Shown: positions 19,141 to 29,839, numbered from the stretch's first letter. The stretch is 64,000 nucleotides of DNA from Candidatus Poribacteria bacterium (GCA_965198175.1 OZ240245.1:4608001-4672000), one strand, 5' to 3'. Made by a program: numbers and translations. The notes: a model not told the origin generated them from the sequence alone.

Positions 19141-19544
19141 TCAATAATCTGAACAACAGTACCATCTTTAACAATCACTTCCGCCTGAGACAGTTTGGTG
19201 CGAATGTCATCGCCAACTTCGATTTTGACAGGCGCATCATATTTCCCGCTGACGAAGAAACTGTCAATGGCAAGCTGCTGGACTTGTCCTAACTTCTGCT
19301 TGAGATTGTTTCTGACCTGTTCTTGCTTTTCTCGTTCCTGTCTTGCCTGCTCACGCAACTGACTGACTCGACGCGCATCATGCTTTTGCGCTTCTGAAAT
19401 CATGCGCCGGCTTTTAAACTCCTCCTGTTCAAGCCACCCTTCAATCTGATGAATTGCTTGCTCAAGCTCTGCTGTGAGTTGTTCCTTAAAAGTCCGCGTA
19501 ACAATATTCTTCACAACAACGGGTCGTTTTACAATAACAGCCAT
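19137..19544 (-). CDS. ylqD: YlqD family protein
   Basis: KRPVVVKNIVT..VEVGDD-like..IVKDG; position after khpA. Confidence 0.8.
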   Translation of the reverse strand: MAVIVKRPVVVKNIVTRTFKEQLTAELEQAIHQIEGWLEQEEFKSRRMISEAQKHDARRVSQLREQARQEREKQEQVRNNLKQKLGQVQQLAIDSFFVSGKYDAPVKIEVGDDIRTKLSQAEVIVKDGTVVQIIE

Positions 19545-19590
19545 CGTTTATTCTCAGTAGGTATGGGTACGAAGAAAGCCCTTTTGCAGA

Positions 19591-19839
19591 TCAAGAAGCT
19601 AAATCCGATTCAATGATTTCCAGCACTGTTTTTTTGTTGACTTTAATTCCAGCGGTAAGCAATACTGCTCTCATGGCTTTCGCTGTGCGCCCATGCTTAC
19701 CAATGACCTTGCCCAAATCGTCCGCTGCAACGCTCAACTCTAGCACCGTTACCTTGTCCCTTTCGACTTCAATGACCTTAACTTTCTCCGGATGGTCAAC
19801 TAGAGATTGCGCAATATATTCAATCAAATCTTTGAACAT
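19591..19839 (-). CDS. khpA: KH-domain RNA-binding protein KhpA
   Basis: LVDHPEKV..DLGKVIGKHGRTAKAMR. Confidence 0.92.
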   Translation of the reverse strand: MFKDLIEYIAQSLVDHPEKVKVIEVERDKVTVLELSVAADDLGKVIGKHGRTAKAMRAVLLTAGIKVNKKTVLEIIESDLAS

Positions 19840-20004
19840 GAAACACCCCTATGATGTCCGATTCGACAGTTTCTCGGATGAGCATCAGTCACTGAAATCA
19901 AAACGGATGAGCACCGCTTCACCTTACGTAACGACGAGCGGCGTACTTGGGAACGTAACCGTCAGAATACGCCATGGAAATGGGTTTAGAACCACATCTT
20001 TATC

Positions 20005-20412
20005 TCATGCTTCCGATTCTTCCGAAGTCGTCTCTGAGGCTGTTTTTTCCTTTATTTCTTCCTCGGCAGTTGGAGCCGGCTCTTCTGCTGAAGGCGCAGG
20101 TTCGTTCTCCAGAGGCGGTTCTGCTTCCTCACTCGGAGTGGGCTTCCCCAGTTTTTCGTTGATGAATTTCTCCCAGATTCCTACTTTTGACAACAGACTT
20201 TTGGCTGTATCCGAGGGTCGTGCGCCTCGCTTTAGCCATTTCATCGCCTTCTCTTCATTGACGACAATTTCCGCTGGATCGGTCAATGGATTATAATACC
20301 CAAGCCTTTCGAGAAAGCGCCCATCCCTTTGGCTACGTGAATCCGCAGCCACGAGCCGATAAAAGGGGCTTTTTTTTCTTCCATGTCGCTGGAGTCTAAG
20401 TCTAACTGACAA
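20005..20412 (-). CDS. rpsP: 30S ribosomal protein S16 with acidic C-terminal extension
   Basis: [30 protein letters not shown]. Confidence 0.97.
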   Translation of the reverse strand: MSVRLRLQRHGRKKSPFYRLVAADSRSQRDGRFLERLGYYNPLTDPAEIVVNEEKAMKWLKRGARPSDTAKSLLSKVGIWEKFINEKLGKPTPSEEAEPPLENEPAPSAEEPAPTAEEEIKEKTASETTSEESEA

Positions 20413-20456
20413 ATATTACCTCCTCATTCGTTTAGATTGATGATTTGCTGATTGTT

Positions 20457-21836
20457 TTAGCGCCTCTTACGCTTTTTTCGCTTCTGCATACTTTTGGGTC
20501 TATTCCCAATTTGCTTCTTTGTGAGTTGTGGCATTTCTACTCCCGCGTGTTGCTTAACCATGCGGTTCATAAGCTTCAGTTGCTCTACCAATTGGTTAAC
20601 TTGGCGAACTGAGGTTCCACTTCCGTTGGCAATCCGAAGGCGACGGCTATGATTGAGGATGCGTGCATTTCTACGCTCCTGCGGTGTCATGGATTGTACA
20701 ATCGCTTTGGCGTATTTCAATTGTGATTCGTCAGCTTGTATGCCCTTTATCGGCAAGTTATTGATTCCGGGAATCATCTCAATCAGCTGATCTAATGGGC
20801 CCATCTTTTTAATCTGCTCTATCTGGGTTAAAAGATCTTCGAAATCCAAGCCCTGCTTGTCAGTCAGTTTACGTTCAAGCTCCCTCGCTTGATCTTCACT
20901 AAAAACGGATTCGGCTCTTTCGAGTAAAGTACTGAAATCACCTTGACCCAATATGCGTGAAGCCATTCGAGCAGGATGAAATTGCTCTAACGTTGTTGGA
21001 CTTACCTTTTCGCCAACACCGACAAACTTGATGGGTTTTTGGATTACGGCGCGAATCGAGAGCGCAGCCCCGCCGCGGGCGTCCCCATCAAGTTTGGACA
21101 GAATGACACCGTCAATGTCTAAATCGGTGTTAAAATGCTCGGCGATATTGACCGCGTCTTGACCTGTCATCGCATCGACGACAAGTAGAATTTCGGTTGG
21201 ATTAACAGCTGCCTTGATCGTCCGCAACTCTTCCATTAACTCTTCATTTATGTGCAAGCGTCCAGCAGTGTCGATGATAACAAAATTATGCGCCAAGCTC
21301 AAAGCGCTTTTGACAGCAGCTTGAACAATATTGACCGGCGAAACTTCCGTTCCCATCGAAAAAACGGGCACATCAATCTCCTCACCGAGCACCTGAAGCT
21401 GCTTAATGGCTGCCGGACGATAAATATCCGCCGCAACCAAGAGCGGTTGACGTCCGTCCGTGCGGGATTGGAGCGCGAGCTTCGCAGCAGCGGTCGTTTT
21501 CCCAGAACCTTGTAGCCCCACCATCATAATAATTGTCGGCCCGCTTGAGGCAATCTTGATTTTCTCAACCTCAGTTCCCATTAGCTTCGTTAGCTCATCG
21601 CCAAAAATCTTGGCAATTTGAAGCTCGGGGGTAAGGCTGCCAAGCACATCTTGACCGAGCGCCCTGTCCTTAACGTCATTGATGAAATCACGGACAATTT
21701 TGTAATTCACATCCGCTTCCAATAACGCAAAACGGACCTCCCTGAAGGCATCGGATATGTTTTTTTCAGTCAACTTTCCGCGCCCACTCAGCTTTTTGAA
21801 GGTGCCCTGCAATTTTTCGCTTAAGCTCTCAAACAT
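20457..21836 (-). CDS. ffh: Signal recognition particle protein
   Basis: ALLEADVN, GLQGSGKTT, DTAGR, DARGGAALS, M domain. Confidence 0.98.
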   Translation of the reverse strand: MFESLSEKLQGTFKKLSGRGKLTEKNISDAFREVRFALLEADVNYKIVRDFINDVKDRALGQDVLGSLTPELQIAKIFGDELTKLMGTEVEKIKIASSGPTIIMMVGLQGSGKTTAAAKLALQSRTDGRQPLLVAADIYRPAAIKQLQVLGEEIDVPVFSMGTEVSPVNIVQAAVKSALSLAHNFVIIDTAGRLHINEELMEELRTIKAAVNPTEILLVVDAMTGQDAVNIAEHFNTDLDIDGVILSKLDGDARGGAALSIRAVIQKPIKFVGVGEKVSPTTLEQFHPARMASRILGQGDFSTLLERAESVFSEDQARELERKLTDKQGLDFEDLLTQIEQIKKMGPLDQLIEMIPGINNLPIKGIQADESQLKYAKAIVQSMTPQERRNARILNHSRRLRIANGSGTSVRQVNQLVEQLKLMNRMVKQHAGVEMPQLTKKQIGNRPKSMQKRKKRKRR

Positions 21837-21854
21837 GCGATTCCCTTACGTTCT

Positions 21855-22220
21855 CTAGGATTCGGCCGAATTCATCAGTGCGTATATACATTTTCTAATA
21901 TATTGAATCGTACAAATCTGCTCTCTATCATCCAGACCGTCTTCTAAACACTGTAGATGTGTCAGAATATCTGACAACACTTTTCTCTGACGCTGAAAAT
22001 CCGATAGTAAACCCAGCGAACTCTCATAGCGTTCAAGGGCGATTTCCGAGGATCTAATCGAATCACAGACCGCTTGGCGCGTGACGCCAAAGCGCATAGC
22101 AATCTCTCCAAACGACAAATCCTGCTCATAATGCAGCTTGAGAAAGTTCTGCTGCTTTTCCGTCAGGAGATTGCCATAGAAATCACACAGAAGGACAAAC
22201 TTCAGTTTTGCAATTGCCAA
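21855..22220 (-). CDS. ylxM: YlxM-family DNA-binding protein
   Basis: DFYGNLLTEKQ..DLSFGEIA..VTRQAV; upstream of ffh. Confidence 0.9.
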   Translation of the reverse strand: MAIAKLKFVLLCDFYGNLLTEKQQNFLKLHYEQDLSFGEIAMRFGVTRQAVCDSIRSSEIALERYESSLGLLSDFQRQRKVLSDILTHLQCLEDGLDDREQICTIQYIRKCIYALMNSAES

Positions 22221-22255
22221 AATCTATTGCCCCAGTACCTGACTTAGTTTTGGAG

Positions 22256-22277
22256 TGTCAAGAGAGTTAGCTTGACA
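22256..22277. promoter_or_regulatory. Palindromic operator-like site upstream of ylxM
   Basis: TGTCAAG-N8-CTTGACA. Confidence 0.55.
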
Positions 22278-22383
22278 GCTCTTTAAGATACCCCACTTGA
22301 GCCGCAGTTGTCAATGGAAAAATGTCCTTCTATCCTATCGGCTTTCCTTTTCGATCTTCGTTTCCCCGTCCTCACATCACGGC

Positions 22384-23463
22384 TTACATTACTTCTTTCA
22401 AGGCGTCCAAAAACCGCTCATTCTCCTCCCGCTTACCGATGGTCACGCGGATCGAATTCGGAAATCCGTATCCAACAACAGGGCGGACAATCACACCTTT
22501 CCGCATGAGAGCGTCGGCGACTTTCTGACCGGATTTGTCGAGGTGAACCAGAATGAAATTTCCGTCCGATTCGACGTACTCTATTCCAATTCGGTTCAAG
22601 GCTCCGTATAGATAGGCTTTGCCCACGGCGTTAGTCTGTCGACTAAAGCGGACATGCGCATCATCTCTTAGCGCTGCCTTTGCAGCCGCTTGTGCAATTG
22701 AGTTGCAGTTAAACGGTTGACGGACACGGTTCATCATTTGGATAATCTCCGGTCTCGCAATGCCGTATCCGATTCGCAGACCTGCAAGCCCGTAAATTTT
22801 AGAAAACGTCCGTGTGACTATGACGTTGCGACCTTCTTGGCAGTACGGCAGTGTGTGGGGATAGTCGGGCCTATCAATATACTCATAGTATGCTTCATCA
22901 AAGACGACGAGCACATCATCCGGCACACGTTCCATGAATCGCTCCGTCTGATCTTTCGTAACGATTGTACCGGTTGGGTTGTTCGGATTAGCGATGAAGA
23001 TTACGCGCGTTTGATCGGTGATTGCGTCCGCCATCGCTTCGAGATCTTGTGTGAAACCGCGCATAGGTGTAACGATTGATTTAGTGCCACAGGTCTTCGC
23101 CACAAGCATATAAACGACGAACGCGCTTTCAGAATAGATTGCCTCGTCCTTGGGCGAAAGGTAAGTCTCCCCGACTATCTGAAGAATTTCGTTAGAGCCG
23201 TTCCCCAAGATTAGATTTTCGGGTGTAACACCGACGTGTTTTGCTAAATCTGTTTTTAGGTAATACGCATTTCCGTCAGGATACAAATGCACCTGATCTG
23301 CCGCCCTTTGGATGGCTTTTATTGCTAAGAGGGAAGGCCCAAGCGGGTTTTCATTTGACGCCAATTTGATAATATCCGTGATTCCTAATTCGCGTTGGAC
23401 CTCCTCAATCGGTTTACCACCTTGATACGCGCGGATGGTTTCAATTCCCGATTTCGGTTTCAT
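22384..23463 (-). CDS. hisC: Histidinol-phosphate aminotransferase
   Basis: KLASNENPLG, NPNNPTG, DEAY, RTFSKIYGLAGLRIGY. Confidence 0.93.
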   Translation of the reverse strand: MKPKSGIETIRAYQGGKPIEEVQRELGITDIIKLASNENPLGPSLLAIKAIQRAADQVHLYPDGNAYYLKTDLAKHVGVTPENLILGNGSNEILQIVGETYLSPKDEAIYSESAFVVYMLVAKTCGTKSIVTPMRGFTQDLEAMADAITDQTRVIFIANPNNPTGTIVTKDQTERFMERVPDDVLVVFDEAYYEYIDRPDYPHTLPYCQEGRNVIVTRTFSKIYGLAGLRIGYGIARPEIIQMMNRVRQPFNCNSIAQAAAKAALRDDAHVRFSRQTNAVGKAYLYGALNRIGIEYVESDGNFILVHLDKSGQKVADALMRKGVIVRPVVGYGFPNSIRVTIGKREENERFLDALKEVM

Positions 23464-23530
23464 AAATTACCTCGCGATTCACCTAATCGATTTCTGAAGG
23501 CAACTACAAACCTAAATAACAGGTTGACCT

Positions 23531-24466
23531 TTACGTGTTCGTCATCTGAACAACCGGATTCCGTAGGACGCCGATTTTTTCGATCTCGATTTCAACGACA
23601 TCCCCATCAGCAAGTTTTTCATCAGGGTGTCCAACGCCGGCAGGGGTACCTGTTGAAATAATGTCCCCAGGTTCGAGGGTGACCAATGCCGAAATAAATT
23701 CAACTAGCTCAGCTGGGTTGAAAATCATCTGCCCGGTGTTGGCATCCTGCTTGACCTCACCATTAAGCCGCAGTGTAAGATGCAAATTGTCCGGATGAGG
23801 GATGTCGTCCTTCGTTACCAGGCAGGGGCCCATTGGTGCAAACGTGTCAAACCATTTTCCGTTGAGCCAATCGAACCATCCATCCCCGTCACGGGGAACT
23901 CGCGTCTCTTTGACTCTTAACCTACGTTCTGAGACATCATTGACAATGGTGTATCCCGCAACGTAGTCGTAAGCATCATGGGCACTGATAAATTTTCCAC
24001 GCTTTCCGATAACGACGCCGAGTTCGGCTTCCCAGTCGATGAAAGCTCCGTTAGCGGGAATAACAATGGGTTTTTCAGGTGCTGTCAGTGTGGTGCTTGG
24101 TGGTTTCATGAAAACGCGCGGCGTTGTCTCTACCTTACTCAAGGCTTTACCGCCGCCTTCTTCGATATGGGCGGCATAGTTTCCAGCAAGCAGCAATATC
24201 TTGTTCGGATTGGGAACGGGTGGCAAGAGTGGACCTTTCACCCAAACTGCTTTCTCAGGGGTTGCCTCCGCAACGCGAATTGCATGGGTTGCCGCCGCAA
24301 ATGCTCGCTGCCCGCTTTCAAGAAATGCGTTCATGCTATTTAAGAGTTTGGGAAGGGCGGGATCTGGAACGGCAGCCTGGTAAGTGGTCTGGAGATCTAG
24401 GATCTGATCATCAATGAGTGCACCCAGTTTGGGGCAATCAGAACTCTGAAAACTCACTAATTTCAT
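23531..24466 (-). CDS. Fumarylacetoacetate hydrolase family protein
   Basis: NYAAH, DWEAEL, NDVSER, GKWFDTFAPMGP, TGTPAGVG. Confidence 0.93.
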   Translation of the reverse strand: MKLVSFQSSDCPKLGALIDDQILDLQTTYQAAVPDPALPKLLNSMNAFLESGQRAFAAATHAIRVAEATPEKAVWVKGPLLPPVPNPNKILLLAGNYAAHIEEGGGKALSKVETTPRVFMKPPSTTLTAPEKPIVIPANGAFIDWEAELGVVIGKRGKFISAHDAYDYVAGYTIVNDVSERRLRVKETRVPRDGDGWFDWLNGKWFDTFAPMGPCLVTKDDIPHPDNLHLTLRLNGEVKQDANTGQMIFNPAELVEFISALVTLEPGDIISTGTPAGVGHPDEKLADGDVVEIEIEKIGVLRNPVVQMTNT

Positions 24467-24693
24467 GGATTCTCCTACTCTTTCTCTTTGAGCTTTAATT
24501 CAAGAATCTTCGGGCAGATTTTACTTCACGATGGTTGATTATAGCGGTTTTATCCGTTGGCGTCAACACTCATAATCTAGTTGAAAAGGTCTAACAACCT
24601 TATGTATAATAGGAGGTTGAATGTACTATAATAAAACAATTGGCAGAACTTACATCAATTGAACATAATAGTTTACTCCATAGGGAGTACAAT

Positions 24694-25404
24694 ATGGCAC
24701 TCAATAACGGCATTCAACTCACATGGCTTGGGCATGCAACGTTTAAAGTCGAATTTGACGGGCAAACAACCTTAATCGATTCGTGGGTAATGAACAACCC
24801 ATCTTGCCCGGACGAACTCAAAACATTTGATAAAATTGATACCATGCTCATCACCCATGCACACGCCGATCACTTCGCGGACGCTGTCGAGCTTGCAAAG
24901 GAATATTCTCCAACAGTTGTGGCGATTCTCGAAACCGGTAGTTGGCTTGAGGCGCAAGGCGTCGAGAACATCAGCGCGATGAATAAAGGCGGCACTCAAA
25001 CGGTAAACGGGATCAGAGTGACGATGGTTCATGCAAATCACAGCAACGGGATTACGGAAGCCGATGGATCAATCGTTTACGGCGGTGAGCCTGCCGGGTA
25101 TATCGTCGAATTCGCGAATGGTTATAAGATTTACCACGCCGGCGATACAAACGTGTTTGGCGATATGCGAATCATCAGCGAAATCTACCAACCGGACCTC
25201 GCCCTCCTTCCAATCGGGGATTATTTCACGATGGGACCCCGGGAAGCCGCGTATGCAGCGAGTTTACTCAATGTTTCCGCCATTATTCCCATGCACTACG
25301 GGACGTTCCCGGTGCTTACCGGAACACCGGAAGCGCTGCGTGAACTGACCGCGGACCAAGCTGTCGAGATTATGATACTCAAGCCCGGTGAAACTCTAGA
25401 TTGA
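24694..25404 (+). CDS. Metal-dependent hydrolase (metallo-beta-lactamase fold, UPF0173)
   Basis: WLGHA, THAHADH, YHAGDT, IPMHYGTF; ATG 24694 after GGGAG. Confidence 0.9.
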   Translation: MALNNGIQLTWLGHATFKVEFDGQTTLIDSWVMNNPSCPDELKTFDKIDTMLITHAHADHFADAVELAKEYSPTVVAILETGSWLEAQGVENISAMNKGGTQTVNGIRVTMVHANHSNGITEADGSIVYGGEPAGYIVEFANGYKIYHAGDTNVFGDMRIISEIYQPDLALLPIGDYFTMGPREAAYAASLLNVSAIIPMHYGTFPVLTGTPEALRELTADQAVEIMILKPGETLD

Positions 25405-25435
25405 AATACCATCTCATGTGGGTTATAATGGTGCA

Positions 25436-25702
25436 ATGCTTGTCAATACACCGGAAGACATTTTGCTAACTCAACTCAAAACAGTCGTCGATCGAACAAG
25501 TGAACGGTTGCAGTGGGACAACTTGACGTTGTGGGAAGCCCTCGAACTCATTAACCGGACACGAGTTCAAGCTGAAACGCTTATACCAGACCAGATGGAC
25601 TTATATCAATTAATCTACGCCTCACGATTTCGACGGTTACTCGAACAGTTCGTTATACCGAGACAATTGACCTCGCTCACTAACCGGCACAAACCATTCT
25701 AA
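25436..25702 (+). CDS. Small hypothetical protein, probably leaderless
   Basis: TTGAAA-N17-TATAAT (25401-25429) ends 6 nt before ATG 25436; helical 88-aa ORF. Confidence 0.65.
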   Translation: MLVNTPEDILLTQLKTVVDRTSERLQWDNLTLWEALELINRTRVQAETLIPDQMDLYQLIYASRFRRLLEQFVIPRQLTSLTNRHKPF

Positions 25703-25935
25703 TTTGGAGTATCGAGTACCGGGGAGAAAAATCAAACCTGAAGGGAGCAGACCCCTCATTTTGGAGACGGGAAAATGGAATTTCAAACACGAGAAACATG
25801 GAAGGATGATTATTGCGGCACTGTTGAGACAATAATAGACATCTTTCCTAAATAAATGGTTTTATAAATTGAGCTTTGAAAGTATAATTCTTTTCCTGTC
25901 ACACCGATAAACTCAATCCTAAAACAGGAAGGTCG

Positions 25936-26082
25936 ATGTCAACCATAGTTTTCAAGCGGGACACAGGTCTGAGGCTACCCGCCTCGTACAATATCATCAA
26001 GAAACATGGTGGGGATTCGATCTTCACCTCAGAACTTGGAAAGGGATCGATAGCGACAGTGACGCTGCCTGTCGCTTTCTGA
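25936..26082 (+). pseudogene. C-terminal remnant of a sensor histidine kinase (HATPase G2 box)
   Basis: TGLRLPASYNIIKKHGGDSIFTSELGKGSIATVTLPVAF* ends 8 nt before the regulator. Confidence 0.75.
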
Positions 26083-26090
26083 GCGTAACC

Positions 26091-27524
26091 ATGAATCCAA
26101 CCTACTTTCCGACCCGTCCCGTTCTACTGGTGGACGACGAAGAACAGTTTTTATTCAGCACGAGTCTCGCGTTAAACGCGGATGGCATTAATCATGTCGT
26201 CCAGTGTCAAGACAGCCGCGAAGTCATGCCGATCCTGTCGCAAGGGGACTTCTCCGTTGTGGTACTGGATATGCTGATGCCGGACTTGTCGGGCTGGGAC
26301 CTACTTCCACTGATTCTAGCGGATTTCCCTGAGCTGCCCGTAACGGTTGTCACGGCGGTAAACAGAGTGGAAAACGCAGTAGAGTGCATGAGAAATGGCG
26401 CATACGACTACCTCCTGAAGCCGGTGGACAGCACCCGCCTCGCCGCAACGGTTCGGCGCGGGGTAGAAATCGGCGACCTGCGGCGCCAAAATCGCCAACT
26501 CAAAGACCGCCTCCTCTCCGACGCACTGGAACAACCTGAAGCGTTCTCTGACATTATTACGCAAGACCGCACGATGTACTCGATTTTCCAGTATATCGAG
26601 GCAATCGCCCAAACGACCCTGCCGGTGTTGATTACGGGCGAAACCGGGGTTGGCAAGGAACTGATTGCAGCGTCAATCCACAAGCTGAGCGGACTGGAGG
26701 GTGAATTTGTTTCGGTCAATATAGCAGGACTCGACGACCAACTATTCTCGGACACGCTTTTTGGTCACAGAAAAGGCGCGTTCACCGGCGCGGAAACACC
26801 TCGCAAAGGGTTGATTGAACGTGCGTCAAACGGTACACTTTTCCTTGATGAAATTGGAGACCTGCATGTGGAGTCACAGGTCAAACTGCTGCGCCTTCTG
26901 CAGGAAAGCAATTACTACGCGCTTGGCGACGATTTCGCGAAGATGAGTAACGCTAGAATAGTAGTTGCGACCAATCGGGAGATTCAATTTCTCAGCAATG
27001 CCGAAACCTTTCGTACCGACCTCTTCTTCCGCCTGAAACCCCATCATATTCACCTGCCCCCCCTTCGTGAGCGAGCGGGTGATATCCCGCTATTGGTTTC
27101 CCATTTTCTCGAAAGCGCTGCCGAGAAACTACGGAAGGAGACACCAACCCCTCCAGCGGAACTCTTTACGTTACTTGGGACGTACCACTTCCCAGGAAAC
27201 GTCAGAGAGCTTGAGGGAATGGTTCTAGATGCTGTCAGTCAGCACAAGGACGGCGTCCTTTCTGCGGAATCCTTTCGAGACAAGATTGGTCAGGTATCTC
27301 ACGATTCCCACGAAGCGGGTGAAACCGCCGAGTCCGGAATTGTGGAGGGGTTAGCTGCGTTGCGTAGATTGCCCACTTTGAAAGACATCGAACGGTTTGC
27401 GATTGCTGAAGCCCTCAAGCGAGCCAATGGAAACCAGACGATTGCCGCAGGAATTTTGGGCATGTCAAGGCAGGCGCTGAACAACCGAATAGTCCGCTCT
27501 CAAAAATCATCTGACGACTCGTGA
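26091..27524 (+). CDS. Sigma54-dependent NtrC-family response regulator (REC-AAA+-Fis HTH)
   Basis: VDDE..LDMLMP, GETGVGKE, GAFTGA, FLDEIG, FPGNVREL. Confidence 0.95.
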   Translation: MNPTYFPTRPVLLVDDEEQFLFSTSLALNADGINHVVQCQDSREVMPILSQGDFSVVVLDMLMPDLSGWDLLPLILADFPELPVTVVTAVNRVENAVECMRNGAYDYLLKPVDSTRLAATVRRGVEIGDLRRQNRQLKDRLLSDALEQPEAFSDIITQDRTMYSIFQYIEAIAQTTLPVLITGETGVGKELIAASIHKLSGLEGEFVSVNIAGLDDQLFSDTLFGHRKGAFTGAETPRKGLIERASNGTLFLDEIGDLHVESQVKLLRLLQESNYYALGDDFAKMSNARIVVATNREIQFLSNAETFRTDLFFRLKPHHIHLPPLRERAGDIPLLVSHFLESAAEKLRKETPTPPAELFTLLGTYHFPGNVRELEGMVLDAVSQHKDGVLSAESFRDKIGQVSHDSHEAGETAESGIVEGLAALRRLPTLKDIERFAIAEALKRANGNQTIAAGILGMSRQALNNRIVRSQKSSDDS

Positions 27525-27607
27525 ATCTTCGTTTTATTGCTCCAATCCAGCACTCCAAGTCTTTATCGACCCTCCTTACCTACCGATAACCCCTCCTTCC
27601 AAAGGGG

Positions 27608-27722
27608 TGCAACATTTATTGCTTTTGTCAACTTTTGTTGCACCTTGCCCAAACCCTTGTCTGGCAAGGCTTCATGCACTGCTTAACCCCAATTTTCCCG
27701 AAATGTGTCAACAAATGTTGCT
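27608..27722. promoter_or_regulatory. Putative enhancer (bEBP) binding sites
   Basis: GCAACATTTATTGC (27609), GTCAACTTTTGTTGC (27627), GTCAACAAATGTTGC (27707). Confidence 0.6.
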
Positions 27723-27847
27723 CCCCTTTCCATAGCCCGTCAGAACGGTGCCGTCCCGATCTGAAAAAAAATTAAACTGCCGGCATCCCTTGACACACCT
27801 GGGTTTCAGAGTTCAAACCGAGTCCAAATTGAAGGGGATTATTGGTC

Positions 27848-27864
27848 TTGGCATATAACTTGCG
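27848..27864 (+). promoter_or_regulatory. Sigma54 -24/-12 promoter
   Basis: TTGGCATATAACTTGCG with correct GG-N10-GC spacing. Confidence 0.8.
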
Positions 27865-27945
27865 ATAATTTTATGTCAGCGATTTGAGTTGCAAAGTGTC
27901 CTACGAATCCAGAATAACAGCATCAAATTCAAGGAGGGATGTACC

Positions 27946-28737
27946 ATGAAAGCCGTTGTTTGTGTCACGTTGCTTTATGTGTTGTGTTTCCTGTATATTG
28001 GTGTGTCTGAGTCACATATAACAACGAGTTCTCCTATCTCAACTTGGGCAAGAGTTGAAGCTGATGAAACCGTGGGTGGGCAACGTACGATCGTATGTGA
28101 TGGTGCTGCTAGTGGATATTCAGGGCCACACGAAGCGCCTCTTCACCCAGAACCACACATATTTCTTGGCGTTAACCACCACGTCATAACGCTCGACATA
28201 GATAGGGCAAATAGTATTGTATTTGTGTACCATATGCGAAACAAGACGATATACGGTGGGGACTCCCGTACCTCTCGGATAATTCCACCGACAGAAAGGT
28301 CGGTATTAGGACAAGCGCTGTGGGGGTTTGCTTGGGCATGGGGCGAAATCCATACTGAAGGAGAATCAGACCACGTAACAGCACCGGCATCCAGTCATTC
28401 GCTTGTCGTTCACCCAAATGATGGCGGTGCTGCTCAAGCTTCAAATATCCTCATTCCACTTCAACCAATCCAACAAGGCTCAGACCTGAGTAGACGAATT
28501 GAAGCGGAACTATCCGAGGTAATAGATAATGCCCGGCAAACAGATCCGCAAATTACCGATGCGGTAAACTATAATGGGCGAATCTATACATTCCGCTCTG
28601 ACGAGGATATGGAATTCGATGGGACCGGTGTGTTATCCAACGTCACAGCAGTTGCTCCCATTCCCGCAGCGCCAGGGAAGCGCAATCCGCGTTCGATAAC
28701 AACCACAACCACGTGGGCAGCCATCAAGAAGAGATAA
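27946..28737 (+). CDS. Secreted protein with C-terminal ..AAP..TTTWAAIKKR tail
   Basis: Signal peptide; RBS AGGAGG; tail like those of Poribacteria secreted proteins. Confidence 0.8.
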   Translation: MKAVVCVTLLYVLCFLYIGVSESHITTSSPISTWARVEADETVGGQRTIVCDGAASGYSGPHEAPLHPEPHIFLGVNHHVITLDIDRANSIVFVYHMRNKTIYGGDSRTSRIIPPTERSVLGQALWGFAWAWGEIHTEGESDHVTAPASSHSLVVHPNDGGAAQASNILIPLQPIQQGSDLSRRIEAELSEVIDNARQTDPQITDAVNYNGRIYTFRSDEDMEFDGTGVLSNVTAVAPIPAAPGKRNPRSITTTTTWAAIKKR

Positions 28738-28764
28738 CCTTTGACCGCGTAAGGAGGATATTCA

Positions 28765-29610
28765 ATGAAAGCTCTTGTCGTTATTCTGCTTTGTGTTCTG
28801 GTCTGGGGGTGTAGTGAAAGTGAAACGCCGCTTCCTGTTGATACTCCCGAACCCGCTAACCATATATCGCCGGCAGTTGATGATGTGGATCCCGAACCGT
28901 TTGTCCAGCACGAAATACCCCCAGGCATTCCGCCTACACTCGCGGACTCGTTTGCGGATTTGCAACCATACTTCACAGAGAAGGAGTACCAATACCTGCT
29001 CCAACAAGTCAAACTCTATTGTGACGGGGTTGCCATTGATGGTGGCGCGCTTCATTCACGCCTCAAACGAGACTTGTCACTAGCAGCATACAATCGTGTT
29101 TATCCTGAAGGGGGAGGTGAGCCCGCAGAGATTCGCCGTATCCCGGTTAAATCACGCAATGATAAGAGCCGAGTATATCTTGCTGCTACACTTCGAGGCG
29201 TCACTAGTCTATCGTATGGGTACGGCAAAATATGGTATGAATTTAGCAAGCACGGTTCAATAACCATTATGCAGACGTTCGACCACCTTGGGCGACATTA
29301 TGTTGGTATACCAGCGTATGGGGGCTCACGATGGAGAGAAATCGAACGGATTGTGAATGAATTTGAGCGGCTCAATAAACACAACAATAAAAAAGTCGGG
29401 TGGCAACCTATTATCATGCCAGCCATCCCGGATGACTTAGATATTGCTATCTTCTACATAGATGGCGAAGGAAATCTTATCGAACCAACTGCTCCTGAAT
29501 TATTCGATTGGGTATTTGAATACGATGAGGCACCACGTGCGACAGATGAGCAAATTGCGGCGTACAACCGCCAATATGCACCGCTTGCCTTTGATTGCGT
29601 TGAACAATAA
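28765..29610 (+). CDS. Putative lipoprotein
   Basis: MKALVVILLCVLVWG-C lipobox; RBS AGGAGG. Confidence 0.8.
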   Translation: MKALVVILLCVLVWGCSESETPLPVDTPEPANHISPAVDDVDPEPFVQHEIPPGIPPTLADSFADLQPYFTEKEYQYLLQQVKLYCDGVAIDGGALHSRLKRDLSLAAYNRVYPEGGGEPAEIRRIPVKSRNDKSRVYLAATLRGVTSLSYGYGKIWYEFSKHGSITIMQTFDHLGRHYVGIPAYGGSRWREIERIVNEFERLNKHNNKKVGWQPIIMPAIPDDLDIAIFYIDGEGNLIEPTAPELFDWVFEYDEAPRATDEQIAAYNRQYAPLAFDCVEQ

Positions 29611-29716
29611 CACGGAAGTCTACAATAGGCGGTAGCTCTGCAGTTAAGTGTGCATCGGTTGGACACGTAGCCCAACAAATGACCACTAACCTTAAACAAC
29701 GATGGAGGAATTTACA

Positions 29717-29839
29717 ATGTTAAGTCGTAAGGCAACATTGCTAGTGATTCTGGTTGTTTTAAGTTTGAGTGTTCACGAAGTAACTGCCGAGCTTGATGGG
29801 AGTAGTATTACTCCGCATGCAAAGGTAAAAGAATCATGA
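29717..29839 (+). CDS. 40-aa signal-peptide ORF, possible truncated paralog of 27946
   Basis: GGAGGA RBS; MLSRKATLLVILVVLSLSVHEVTAELDGSSITPHAKVKES*; ATGA overlap with 29836. Confidence 0.5.
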   Translation: MLSRKATLLVILVVLSLSVHEVTAELDGSSITPHAKVKES

